A stretch of DNA of 61,647 nt, filler included, from Choristocarpus tenellus KU-1152 (GCA_964200185.2; 10 parts of 10 records of this genome joined end to end with filler, not necessarily neighbours in it); one strand, 5' to 3'; numbered from the whole stretch's first letter, positions 38,702 to 51,511 are shown. Numbers and translations: made by a program. The notes: generated by a model from the sequence alone, not told the origin.

Positions 38702-41141
38702 TGGTGGTGGTGCGTAATCTTGACAATACTCTCTAAAGCTTGATATCCAATCGACTAAGCCGCGTGCAGAGCTAAGAAGGAACACTCTGCCGGAGGTGTC
38801 CTCAAGGAACTCTGTCAGTGTTAACATCAACCGCTCCTGTGTTTTGAGTAGGAGGAGGAATGGGGCAGGAGATAGAGAGGCCAGGAGGTGGAGCAAATAG
38901 GTTTTTCTCTTAGATTAACACTGTACAATTATAGATAAACCAAAAGTGTGTAACATAGCATTCATGCATCACTTGGAAAAAAAATAGTGATCCAATCAAT
39001 ATCAACCTCTCTATCACAAAAGAAAATATGAGGAAATTCTGCTGACCACCACAGGAGAAAAGGTTTGTTCAATCTCAAGTGGCAACAGTACCAAGTACCA
39101 CTAATAGGTGCTACGTATTGTATTCATTCTCAGGTAAACACATATATTGTAGTTTGATGTGCACACCTGGGAAATGACTCCGCTCCCGCGGTAAATTCAA
39201 TATTCTTCCACCACAGACTAGCAGAGGTATTTCTCCCCCCCCCATACCAAGGTCACAAGATAACTTTTGTGCAATGTGTCCATCAATGCATTGACAAAAC
39301 AGTGGAAGAATAATAATAATGACAGAGCTCACACACATCACATGCATCAGATCATGCGCTACAGATACAACCAATCCAACATGAAAAAATTGCAACACAG
39401 ACCATACATATACACACACTGCATGGCATTCTGCACATGATGCAGTAGTCACAGAAGTTGAAAATACTCTACACCCAATAGCCACACAACATCAAGGCGT
39501 TACAAATCTATCAAACATCAAGGTGCCTCTCTATGTCTTGAGAATATGGGCAGAATGAACTGTACTTTCTCAACCAGCACCAGGAAAGGGCTGAAGTCAC
39601 CTGTGCTGAGCAGCAGCAGCATAATAAGAGTGGCGTATTTCCACAAAGCGACAAGAGAAGGAACTTTTGTTTACTGCAATGGTGTTGGCGAGTTGATTGT
39701 GAGGGCTACAGTGGGATGATACCTTTTGCTGAGGAGGGTTGCATCTACTAAACTCTCTTCATATTGATATGTAACATTGCAGTGGCAGCATTACACACCA
39801 GAGACTTGCGGAGAACTTACGTGATGATGCCACCATTTCAGCTTACTAGTGCACCACCATCATCATTGTTATTGACCAAGTTCTTCTTGAACATTGCATT
39901 ACGCATGAACCTATTATGAAAAGATCAGGGGGTGAGCAGGGTGAGTGTGGTCGAGGTTCAGGGATGTAGGGTACAGGAGGGACTATAATCTGTCACACAA
40001 TTGTTATCAGTGATAAAAAGTTCATTTCAAGGGCAAGGACAAAGTGTGTTCCCATGTTGTACATGCAGGACTCAAAACATTCACAAAGTAACTTGCACCA
40101 ACTCACGTGAGCTCTCCAGAGTTGGAAACACCCCCCCCAGAACCTTCGTTGGCATCATTTCCCGTAAATATTGCCTTCTTTTCAAAACTGACAAAAGGGG
40201 TATCAGGTGGAGTGCAGATGGAAGGCATTGTTGAGTAAGATAGTAGGTGGCACTATGCCCCATGTACTCCAAGTGTGAAACATCCGCTGACTACTTCTTA
40301 CATTGAGTCAAGCCCTAACAGTAGTAATGATGCGTATGTAACAACAATTCTTAACTTTTTATTGTGATCAAAACATTGTGATTCATTTTGCTTAGAAGCC
40401 CTTTGAAAACCTACACGAAGTTTTGTACAAGAGGCCAGAAGAGCCAGGTATTGAGTGTCATGGCCATGGCAGGATGTCAATTCTGTTTGAACAAGAGAGT
40501 AGCGTATTAGTAGGAACGTTGAGAAAGTTATTCCTATTATGAGCCTGAAAGCAATCACCAACGATCTCACCTCATGATTCCCCGGTTAGCAACTGCCCCC
40601 CCTTCATCTCCATTGTAGTTATCAAAAGTGGCCTTTCCCTTGAATCTGTAAGTTACAGTTCAAGACTGGGACCATTAAAAAAAAAGAAACAAATATTGGA
40701 TGAGACAAAAAGATTCCCACAAAGCAGGATAGCATCGGACGTAGCTGTGAGTCAAAGGACAACAGAGATGAAGATCTAAATTGAGATGAGGTCCAGGAGC
40801 AGCTCACGAAGGAGAGGCAGTGGAAGATGCACCCATAAGGCTGCAAGTGAGGCACATTGTAACAGATGGAGAAGCTCAGAGAGAAACAAGCAGGACAATG
40901 AAAAATAGGTACAAATGTCTAGGGGAGGTAACTTGTAGGAACAGATGAACCACAATCAGCTCTTTCACGCAAACCATTGAAGGCAGTGTTGTGCAAGTGA
41001 ATTTGAATTTTACTAGACATCTGAGTTGTCAGGCAGAACAAGTTCAAGGGCAAGCACTTCTCGGTGAGAGGTTTGCAACGAGACGCTGCATTGGGAAAAT
41101 AAACTCCTCTACAAATATCAGCTCCCAAGTACCCAAAAGAA

Positions 41142-41407
41142 GAGTGAAAGTATCGTAGGGGATACGAGTTTTGCCCTGTTTGTCCGTTTGGGACGGACTT
41201 GACTTCCCACGGGTTTTTTTATGACATCTTACCTACTCCGAAATGTTTTGGAGTCGGTAAATTGTATACATTATGAAAGGCGTGTCCGGAACAGCGATAT
41301 TGACACTTCCTAACAAACACACATGATAGCCAAAATTACATCAAAATCGCAACATTGGATTTCGACCCCAAACGGACGCGGCTCTACCCTCTAAGATACT
41401 TTGACTC
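41142..41407. mobile_element. MITE family A, complete
   Basis: GAGTGAAAGTATC ... TACCCTCTAAGATACTTTGACTC; TSD AGAA (41138-41141, 41408-41411). Confidence 0.92.
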
Positions 41408-41766
41408 AGAAGTTCTTGATCAGGCCCTGAACAACTTGCAAAACAGTCGGAACACCCAAAGCATTGATCTTCCAGCTCACATGGTGGTGCACTGTTCACA
41501 GTTGAAGACAGCTGCACCACTTACACCATCGAAATTGTAAGCATTGTCCTCGAAGTACGATTTTTTCTCAAATCTAACAAGAACAGCAGGAGAGAGCAGA
41601 AATAAAGAGTTTGAGTTGTGGATCAAAATCAGCAACCTTAGCAGTACACATTTCCAACAACTTCAANNNNNNNNNNNNNNNNNNNNNNNNNNNNNNNNNN
41701 NNNNNNNNNNTTAATTAATTAANNNNNNNNNNNNNNNNNNNNNNNNNNNNNNNNNNNNNNNNNNNN

Positions 41767-42156
41767 TTGTTCGGACATCACATGCCCCATCATCGCCATC
41801 TGGCCAACCCAGTCCAACATCATAGTAAAGGTGATTTGGGGATCAGATCCCCTTGGCATCTTGATCGTCATGACCTTCCTTTGTAGTCGAGCTATTTCCT
41901 CATCTGATTGAATGAGGAAGTGTTCACGTAGTTGTTGCCACGCTCCTGAAGGTGAGGCAGCATTCCGGACTATACACCGGTAAATTCCGCTGGTGCTCCT
42001 CAGCAGGACGTCATATGCCTTTTTGGCCTTGGTGACTTCGTCTTCACTGACATCTTCGCCCTTGATGAATTCGATGTCACCAACTCTGATGGGTATCCTT
42101 CTATACTCCAGTGCCTCATCAATATCCNNNNNNNNNNGAGTTTGGTGTTGGTCCAT
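41767..42156 (-). CDS. Ty1/copia gag N-terminal fragment (UBN2/Retrotran_gag_2-like), truncated by contig end
   Basis: KAKKAYDVLLRS...IVRNAASPSGAWQQLREHF...EIARLQRKVMTIKMPRGSDP; lies just downstream of an LTR. Confidence 0.8.
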
Positions 42157-42246
42157 CAGAAGCCATGAGTGGTGCTATGCCAATTTTAAAAAAAATCAGT
42201 CCGGCTACGCCTCCCCTGGCCAAAGTTTGGATTAAGCGCTTAAGTG

Positions 42247-42496
42247 TGTTGAGAAGCTTGACACACATGAGGCTCGTCGCCGGAAGCTAGCTGTTGAATT
42301 ACATGGTAAAGCACACACTGAATTATTGCCTGTCAACCATCCATCATCACTGATTTGTGGATTAATGTTGACTTATTGTATTTTATATACGTACGTACTC
42401 TGTATCATACCTAACCAAATATTAACGTACGTATAACCTATGTTGTATACTTGTGTCATCACAAACAACGTAGGGATAACACTAGGTTATTCGACA
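42247..42496 (-). mobile_element. Copia LTR (250 bp), probable 5' LTR of the gag fragment
   Basis: TGTTGAGAAG...TTATTCGACA termini; similar to the PPT-flanked LTR at 5418-5930. Confidence 0.8.
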
Positions 42497-43995
42497 AATG
42501 CACCAAGCCCTAGGATGTCAATCTCATGTTGTAGCAACTCCATTGTGTGACTTCTTAGACATTCCCCTACAGGTCACTCCCTTTCTCATTTTTCGTTTCT
42601 TAGGCTGTTCTTGAGAACTATCTGTCTCACTCAGCATGTAAGAGGTAGCAAACAGTGGAGGGAAAGGGAGAGCAAATCCTCTGGTCCCTCAGTATTGATG
42701 ATGTCACCATGAGGGAGAAGGCAAGATTGTCCGAAGAGCATAATCCAATTATTAATGTTTAAATCAATTGAACCTTTTTTCTAGTCCCACACAATATATT
42801 GCAATGTCTCTGTCCTGACCCTCAATCTTGTATTACCACTCACCCAAATCAATGCCCTTCCTTTAGCCCACAGGGTCCTTCAAACCTCTCCTCATCTATT
42901 TCCTTCTGGACGATCAGAGCAAGTTGAATATGGCGCCATCCAGCAGCACCAACAAGAGAGACCACCTTTCACATTGCCGCAGTAAAGAACACATGAATAG
43001 ATACATATATATATATACATATATATGTAAGTATTTGCCTCGCGTACTTCCTTACATACATGAGTCAGTTGCCATCTAACTTACGACCTACGTGAGTTGT
43101 ATCGAATACAATTTGTGATTACTTTTACAAAGGGGCTATACCAGAACTTTACTTGGGCACTTCACATGGTGGGACCATAGGTACTGCACAGATCCAGTTC
43201 TAGATATGAGTAATTTTTCCTGTGCCTGCAGTTGCTGAATCCGATCGGAATTTCCTCTGTGGCTGCAGATGCTGTCCCAAAGCAGAAAGCGCTGCTGGCA
43301 ATTAGACTGGACCTAGACACGGCACTGTTGTGTGTCCTTTTTGCACGAGCATGAGCACTGCCTGCGGGACATGAAGGAGTATGGTTTCGATATTCATCGC
43401 AAAGGGAGTTAGAGCATTTGGAATGTGTTCTTATATATTTCTATACAGATAGTAGTATTGAGCGAGTAGCAGAGCCTTGATCGTCAGTTGCGAGATGCTT
43501 AGAGCCATGTTAAAACATAGGCTACTCATCTGTTTGTTCCTTGATACGATACAGTTCCACCAGTCAAGACTGAATGTTGATTGGTCTGTTACGTTCTGGA
43601 CGTTACTTTCACTGGTTTATCATCACCACATCAATTACAATCAGAACACCTTAGTACAGAACAGTCACTCTGCGTTCCACATGAACAGTATAGTATAGTA
43701 TACGTCACTTGAGTTGCATCACATATTAATTCAAGTTTGTTCGCTTGTTCTCTTGTTGTTTTTCTTTCACTCTTTCTTATGAATAGAAGATGACAGTTGT
43801 ATGTTGACTATTGATTATTATTTATTTCGTGACTGCCATTGATCCCTCAACTTGCACCAAACTCACTCTGCAAACTGCCTAACACACACATGGATGTAAT
43901 ATAATCAGAGTTAAAACCATCCGCGGAAACCCTTACCAGCCAAGGTAACAAGCCTCTCCACTGAGCATGAACTTCTTTCGTTGGGTATCTCATGA

Positions 43996-44383
43996 AAGAA
44001 CACTGAATTCACATCGTCGCATCATTCTTGACTGACAGATCAATGACCTCAGTTACAACAGAATAAATACAACGGTGCTTTGCAACACCATGATTCCTCA
44101 TCGCTAGTAGTCTACGCATTTTGCTTACATGTACGATGCNNNNNNNNNNCAACCAAGAATACTGAATTCACATCGCATCATTCTTGACTGAGAGATCAAT
44201 GACCTCAGTTAAAACAGAATATATACATCAGTGCTTTGCAGCACAATCACATCTATCCATAACATAGACTATGCATATCACTCATCGGTGCTTTGCAGCA
44301 CCATGATTCCTTATTGCTCGTAGTCTACGCATTTTGCTTACATGTACGATGCATTCGATTCAGGTTTCGACAGGTTATGAGCC
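43996..44383 (+). mobile_element. Probable LTR 3' part (with ~145-bp duplication across a 10-N gap) and copia-type primer-binding site
   Basis: ...TTTCGACA followed directly by GGTTATGAGCC (44373-44383), the internal tRNA-iMet-type PBS of copia elements; downstream gag not readable. Confidence 0.5.
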
Positions 44384-45133
44384 TCAACACTTGATCGACA
44401 CATACAACAACACATTTGCCCGACCTTGCCTTGTACTTCCACCAACTATACACTAGATAAACCCACTGTACCACCATGGAACGCAAGCTAACACCACCTG
44501 AACGGCGTTCGAACTCTGCTTCGTGAGTATCTGGAGCTGTGTGGACCCTTTAACAAGTAACCTCCAGTGAGTTTTGATTCAGTGCACTTCTCGTCTTTTC
44601 ACCCCTGCTACTCCACCTATCATCCCACACGAAGAAGTTGACAACCAGCTGTTACACAGTCTCGTTGCTACCTGCCACGGACCTGCGCAAAACCTTTATG
44701 GACTCCAGCAGGGGGCAATAATCCCAATCAGTGTCTCATGCGCCTCTGCAAGACTAAAAGCTGAGTCGGCGACCCCTCAGCCTTACTCCTACTGATTGAG
44801 CTCTCCACTGCAGCTACTGTCACCAACCTGGACACCCCCTGCGCCATTTTCCAAACTGTCAACCTGTCCCCACCTGACCACCACCCGATGCCCCCACCCA
44901 ACCACCAATCACGACCAAGCACACACTCACTGTACAAGACACACCAACAACCTGTTAAAGTATCCCCAAAATCATCAAAGAGATTAAAGGTGATAAACCC
45001 GGCGAGATTGCTTGGTGTCTGTAGAGTGATTGANNNNNNNNNNNNNNNNNNNNNNNNNNNNNNNNNNNNNNNNNNNNTTAATTAATTAANNNNNNNNNNN
45101 NNNNNNNNNNNNNNNNNNNNNNNNNNNNNNNNN

Positions 45134-45193
45134 GCCAAGCCCCACAAATGGACAAACAGGGAAAAATTCGTACCCTCTAAGATAGTTTCACTC
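45134..45193. mobile_element. MITE family A end inserted in a transposase coding exon
   Basis: AAAATTCGTACCCTCTAAGATAGTTTCACTC abuts the codons ...VSVKQY of the minus-strand exon. Confidence 0.9.
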
Positions 45194-48100
45194 TGTACTG
45201 CTTTACGCTAACCTTAACCCGCCCATCACCGCTTTTTTCAACGCGAAGCGCCCTGTAGTTCATGATGTTGGGAACACGGTTGATGCGACCACGAAGGAGC
45301 CCCTTGAAGTTGCCCTCGTTCCGTAGGGTCTTGCAGTAGATTGGAACCTCCGTGTAAGAGGCCTGCAGCTCTTCTCCTAGCTGTGTTCTTGTGAAGATGT
45401 TCTTCCCTTTGATACCACGTGCGAACCTGAAGGTGAAATGCAGGCAAGTTAATTTTGAGGCAGGCGCGAAAGAAACGTGGGCGAGACGCACATTCGCTCG
45501 TAAAATTTCAACCCCATTGAAGACGCAATGTTAGAAGAATAGGCGGTGATCCACGTGGGGAAGGAGAAAGGAATGGTTGGGTTGTCTCCAGGAGTATGTG
45601 GTCGAATCGGTACAGCAGGCGGTGGAAGAAGGTGCAGGAGGTTTCATCACGATGTGAATTTTTGTGGACAGATGATGCTAGGCGTAGCTACGGGGAGGAC
45701 GAAGAGCTTAGCCAAAAGCCGCCATGGTCGTTTCCTCGCGACAAGGATCAACGAAGACAGAGAGCCGTTGCCCTTGCGCTCTTGTCCGGTGTAGATGGGT
45801 ATTACTTTTTGTATTACATGCCAAAATAGGATGCTTTGGATTTGGTGTAAAATAACATAGGAGTGGAGAAGCAAGATATATATGCAGGCACATGCCCTGA
45901 TGCATGTATATGGAAGTATAAATATAAAAAGGGGTGATGCGTATTTTTTTTGTTTGTTTCGAGGCTAGGTTACAATACAGTTTTGCCAGCTGCTCTTCTC
46001 GTGCTATATTGTTGTGGGGAAATCAAAAGTCAATCAATCAATCGCAGTGCATGGCCATAAACCTTCCATGGATGCAACAAGCGTGAGCTGCAAGCCTCAA
46101 GGCAGTATCTGTCCATGTAAAAACACCATGTGGCTATCGCACTTGTATATCTTGCCTAATTACCAGGCGAAGATCAGATCGATCTTGATGTGTGTGTACC
46201 CCACCATCATAAAATTTATCTCAACCACACGAATGACACTTGCCACGACCAACAGCCCCGCAATTCGGGAAAGAAATTGTTCTTGTTCTCTGAGACGCAG
46301 TTGTCGACCTGGGTAGTTTGGGGAGTGGGGAGCGAGTGAGGGATAGGCGTGAGGCCGATATGTCAGCCCGTTTCACCACGTTTCGTGGAGAACAGGCGTG
46401 TTTCCAGTAGTGCTAGAGCGCAAGCTCTACATTATCGCCATGATACATGCAAGTTGCAACCCACAAACCAACACTAAATACCACGCAGTTAGTTACTTGG
46501 TGGCCGCTATTCGGAGAGTAGATCGCAAGTAGGTCGTCTCAAGATGAAACCTTCTTACCTGCCAATGCGCGTGCTGGATGATGCAACCCCCCGCGTGATC
46601 GAGGCTGTTGTGGTACTTGTCGATAAGCCTTGTGAGGGCAAGGCGGATGGCTGTGCAGACAAGGTTACAACCTGCGCAAACGATGATGTCTGTCATTAGT
46701 TGGCAAATAGTACTCTGCTTACTTACGCATTGTTTACTTGGAGCTAAGAAGAGGGGTAATGCAATGTGTTTTTGCAATGTATAGCACATACACCCGACTG
46801 GCTGATATAGATGTCTGTCGGTTTCCCTCCTCCTTGAATAGCTCTTACGCTCCTCTCACCCTTCCAAAGCTGAGGCGTAGGAGGGCAGGGGAGCACAGCG
46901 CATCATCAGTTAATCGACTGTTCACCAGGCCTACAGTATCTGTAGGCAAATCGTGCAAGGATGTACTCGTCCTCGGGTATCTAACCTGTGGCAGGTCCCC
47001 TCACCATGATGGTCAATCAAGTGGTGCGTGTGCAACCAGCATCTATTCGGTCGTGTGATTGTTGTGCCACAGCCCACAATACGTACCTCCTCCAAGATTG
47101 ATAGGAGTGTAGAACACCTCCGCGAACTGGCCTTCGAAGTGTGCGGCCATGATCTTCTGGCGCTCGGAGTAGCCCCTGATAATAAGGACATGAACCAAAG
47201 AAAGGTGTAAGGAAAGGTGTTACGGGGTGTGATCATCATGATGAACGGAATAGGTAGTGGAATTATGTGCATCTGGCAGCTTTTTCTTGGGACTTTGCAC
47301 TCACTCATTCAATAAAACAGGGTGGTCTATTCTCTTCTGCGTGCGGTTGCAAATATGTTGACAGATGGACTATTTTTGCGTGTGGTTACCTGTCACCGCC
47401 GTGGGTAGGTGGGTAAAGTGCTGGGAGGGCGTGGGATGTCTGGTTCGCCCCGTCTACAGACATGAATACGAAGACGAGACGGTAATGGCGATGACCAGCT
47501 GATCCGCTTGGATAATCTGGCGAACGGGGGGGCACAACATCACGTCTATACATCAAATAAATCTGCTTAGAGGTGTAAAAAAATGGCCACTTGTTAACAC
47601 GTACCAGGTACGTGACAAAAATCGAGTGTAGGTTACAAGAAATGTTTATCTTTGCTCCTATTTTTTACTGTGCATTCAAGGCAAAGACAGTATTATCAGC
47701 TCGGGAGCATGTACGTAAGTACGGGGCCGGAAGACCGCAACATGATATGTCCCTCCCACAGCCCGTTGTAGACGACCAGGAAACAGTCCATCACACAAGG
47801 TGTTTGGGCAACTAATAACAACAGTTTGGCGCTGAGTGAGGCTGTTGCTGCTGCCATAAGCACCTGCATTGGAGTCTTCATTTGCAAAAGGCAACAGATG
47901 TTGTTCCCAATGGAGGGCAATGACGGCGGCATGTTGCTACTGTACGATTGTCGCAAAATTAATGCTGAACACCTACCTTTCGATGGTCTGACAGTTCCTT
48001 GTCGATGGACTCGAGGACGGTGGAGTCGTTCGTGGGTTTTACACCAGACGCACCGTGCCGCTTCTCTTTTAACGTGACACATACGTCACATTTCATAAAT

Positions 48101-49854
48101 TCGCCTCCTACCCTCACCCTGATGTTGGGCCTGTCCTCTCTGAGCGATCGGAGGAAGTTCACCTTGCTTACCCGCTTGGAAGTTTCGTCAGGATACACCC
48201 GTATTGCCTCTTTGTAAAAATCCTTGTATAGCTCCTAATTAATAATGTTGTTTGTGTGGACAAGTGAGAATTATTGAGAAGGAACACTCGAAGAACACTG
48301 CTGCATGATCTCTCGAAGGCGGGATGATCAATAACCTAACTGACAACACGGAAGACAGGATCAAGCAAGCTTACATCGTGCGTAATGAAAGAGAAAATAG
48401 AATGATCTTCGCAAATCTGCCACGAGCGCCATTCTCTTCGGGTCTCGCCGCCATTTGCAGAAACGTAAAGGAGGTGAATCTACCATCATCATCATCATCA
48501 TCGCGAAGTCCTTGAGACATACGAAGTACACACTTGTACTACCAAGGTCAGACCGGGCCCGGGGCCGCAGAGTAGGTGTACACAGCGGTGATATAACAGT
48601 TACTGGGCCTTCCTCCGTAAAAGCAACGAAGAGTATCATTATCATCATTGTAGTCTCGACATAGCAAACGAAAAAAATAGTACTTCGTACGAAGCTTCAC
48701 TTTTTTTTTTAACCATAATCTCAGACCGGTCAAAGTTGTAACACCCACCACTTGGAATACTCCTTCGATCCACTTCTTCTATGTACTGCTGGGTCACACG
48801 GTTTGCAACTAACTCCAACCCAACCTCTCCACAACCAAGGGCAAAACCTACCTCTTTGTTCGTAGCGTAGATCACAATTGTGGACTTGTGAGGCATGAAC
48901 TGCCCGTATGTATCAGCCCAGTAGTCTATCCAGGACATCACCAGGTCTCGCTTCGGAGCCATGCCCTTCTTTTTGTTCGTGCCCTTCCTGTTGTAGTAGC
49001 GCACCTATGTATATATGGATGGGAAGTGTGTTGGAGGTGGATATAAGGGACGGGGGATGGAATCGTAGAGGAATCGTAGGCCGGCAGCGGATCTCTAATT
49101 CTGTAGGTATTTACGCGTGGTAACTGCAGCAGCAGTACAAGGACGGTCGGATAAGATGATATTGTTCAAGCAAAAATAAACATATCGCACATATATGTAA
49201 CACATAACTCCACGCTGGAGGGATCTCTAACTTTGTACATTAGACATCTAGGTGTGGTAACCGCAAACTGAATGTGGCGAGTACGGTTGGATCACATTGT
49301 TCTGAGATAGGACTACTGTTCAATCATCAAGCAGGGGGAAAAATATACCGGGTCACTGTGTACATACATCAAACTCCCCTCTCCACGCTGGAGGATGCTC
49401 TTGTGTTAGGCGTACCTTTGCAAGCGTCAATGACATGATTGGATATTCCGAATGATGCCTTGAAAAACTGTGTACAAACGGGAATGCCAGCCGCGAGCAT
49501 AGATCCGCCTCCAGGCCCCAACTTAATGACAGGTACACGGTCACCAACGAAGTGCTTGCGATCGCGGCGGTTCTCACACGCCCGGATGATGTCCTGCTCT
49601 TTGGCCAACATGCGTACAAGGAAGGACTCGCTATCTGTTGCGAACTTCTTCAAACAGGCTAAGCGCTTGCAGCAGTCACCCTGTTTGTTGACCGGGATGG
49701 GTTTAGCCCATTCTCGGCGAAGCTTGGCGCCGGTCGCTGAAGCGACATTGGTAGAAAGCTCCAGCGCATCATTGTTGGCAGGCTGATGAGGGGGCAACGC
49801 AGGGGGCGGCGCAGGCGACAAAAGCCACAACCTTGCTGTGGGAGCAACTGTCAT
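45194..49854 (-). pseudogene. Intron-containing Sola-like DDD transposase (DUF7869-type), 5' and catalytic part; exons ~49854-49387, 49004-48852, 48234-47977, 47516-47390, 47175-47087, 46671-46559, 46308-46164, 45426-45194
   Basis: Spliced translation: CC..LACL, VCTQFFKASFGIS, YGQFMPH, FMKCDVC, FMSVDGANQ..HALP (D1), GGGCNLVCTAI, QVDNCVSENKN (D2), FMMVGYTHIKIDLIF (D3), NYRALRVEK; GT-AG boundaries; frameshifts in exons 47516-47390 and 46308-46164; exon 1 donor approximate. Confidence 0.82.
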
Positions 49855-49861
49855 GGTGTTT

Positions 49862-50828
49862 TCGGGCAACAGGCGGTCTTGGGCAGTGAGAAGGTCTAGG
49901 AGTGAATTGAATTCGAAGCTGGGCATACGATGTTTGAGTTTGAAGAGACACGTCAGACCAAAATGAAATCCGTGTTGTAGAAAACGCGTTTATTCTCACT
50001 GTGATGAAATAAAATCTATATTCTAATCTGGTTTCAGGCAACAGTCGGTCTTGGGCACGATAGAATTTAATTCAAAGTCAGGCGTACGATGTTTGAGTTT
50101 CAAGTGATCTGTCGGACCAGAATTAAATCCGTGTTGTGGAAAACGCGTTTCTTCTCGCTGTGATGAAATAAAAACTAGATTCTAATCAGGTTTCAGGCAA
50201 CAGTCGGTCTTGGGCACGATAGAATTGAATTTGAAGCCGGGCGTATGAACGATGTTTGAGTTTCAAGAGATCCGTTGGACCAGCCGGAATTCCTTGATCC
50301 GGAAAATACGTGCATTATGGTTTTTAGAAATTAAAAATTCGATTATATTCGTAATTTCAATAAATAAAAATACAAACCACATACTTAATTGATCTTATAC
50401 GTTTCAAATGTTCCGGAACTAAAAGGTAACAAAAATTGATACTCTCTAATTGTTTTAAATACAAAATCTTATAATGTTCGACATCTGTATTTAAAAAAAT
50501 AAAATTATCAACGGAAAGAGAACTTTGAGTTTCAAGCGATCCGTCGGACCAGCCTGAAATCCATGATCCGGAAAATACGTGTATTATGGTTTTTAGAAAT
50601 TAAAAATTCGATTATATTTGTAATTTCAATAAATAAAAATACAAACCACATACTTCGTTGATCTAATACGTTTGAAATGTTCCAAAACGAAAAGGTCACA
50701 AAAAACTGATACTCACTATCTGTTTTAAATATGATATCGTATACCGTTCGATATTCATATTTTTTGGAACATTATTATCAACGGAAAGAGAAATCTAAGT
50801 TCTTTGGGGACCGACCGACCAGATGAAA
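49862..50828. repeat. AT-rich composite direct-repeat block: ~160-170 bp x2.5 (49862-50282), then ~269 bp x2 (50255-50791)
   Basis: Shared motif TTTGAGTTT(C/G)AAG.GA(T/C)..GT..GACCA at ~49933, 50092, 50255, 50524, degenerate at ~50794. Confidence 0.85.
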
Positions 50829-50937
50829 TAAAGCAGCACCTCCCAGCCCTCACTCCTCATTTCCATTCCTTCCCTTCCGCACATACCATCAGCAGCTCTT
50901 TCTTATCTATCCCCGTCACACCTTCCCAATCTTCGCC

Positions 50938-51135
50938 ATGTCCAACATTCGCTCTACAACGACCCCCCTGCGTGCCAATGGCGCTGCCCACGGATCGAGA
51001 GCGTCGGACAGCAATGCCAAGGGCATGTCCTCGCTCCTCGAACAGCACTACCTCGGCATGTACAAGATGAAACTCGGCAACATCACATTCACGGAGATGG
51101 TGCGTCCCCTGAGCGAGCGTGGCGTTGCGCGCTGA
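50938..51135 (+). CDS. Small hypothetical protein (65 aa) inside the transposase unit
   Basis: GCCATG start context, GC-rich third positions, pyrimidine-rich leader, downstream A-tract at ~51350-51360; no recognised domain. Confidence 0.4.
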   Translation: MSNIRSTTTPLRANGAAHGSRASDSNAKGMSSLLEQHYLGMYKMKLGNITFTEMVRPLSERGVAR

Positions 51136-51511
51136 ATGACAACCAACCCGTATCACAGGAGGCTCAAAATCATGAATGGAAACAAAGGATTTAGACTGCC
51201 ATGCAACAACAACCGACAACTAATATGTACCACAACAACAACATGCTGCTTAGAAGACTCTGAAAACATCATCATGAAAACATCGTCACGTATTAAACTA
51301 AACACATGTTGTCGCCCCCATCGAACAAGGTAGTTATTAAAGTCCGCCACAAAAAAAAAATGCGTACTCGGCTCTCAATACAGACCGCCCATTCTTCAAG
51401 ACGCCTACGAGGTATACTTTACTAATACGAATATCTGCCACATGATTACTATTCCGACGTCTCTACTTTTCCCTGGCACCAGAATTGGGCCGAAAGTGAC
51501 TGGCGATAAAC

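Noticed and set aside
43996-44352. ~145-bp tandem duplication as a functional repeat
   Set aside because: It straddles a 10-N scaffold gap and may be unmerged haplotypes or overlapping contig ends.
49862-50828. CRISPR- or guide-RNA-like array next to a nuclease-fold gene
   Set aside because: Sequence between the shared motifs is itself duplicated rather than unique, and the neighbouring protein has transposase, not RuvC/Cas, motifs.
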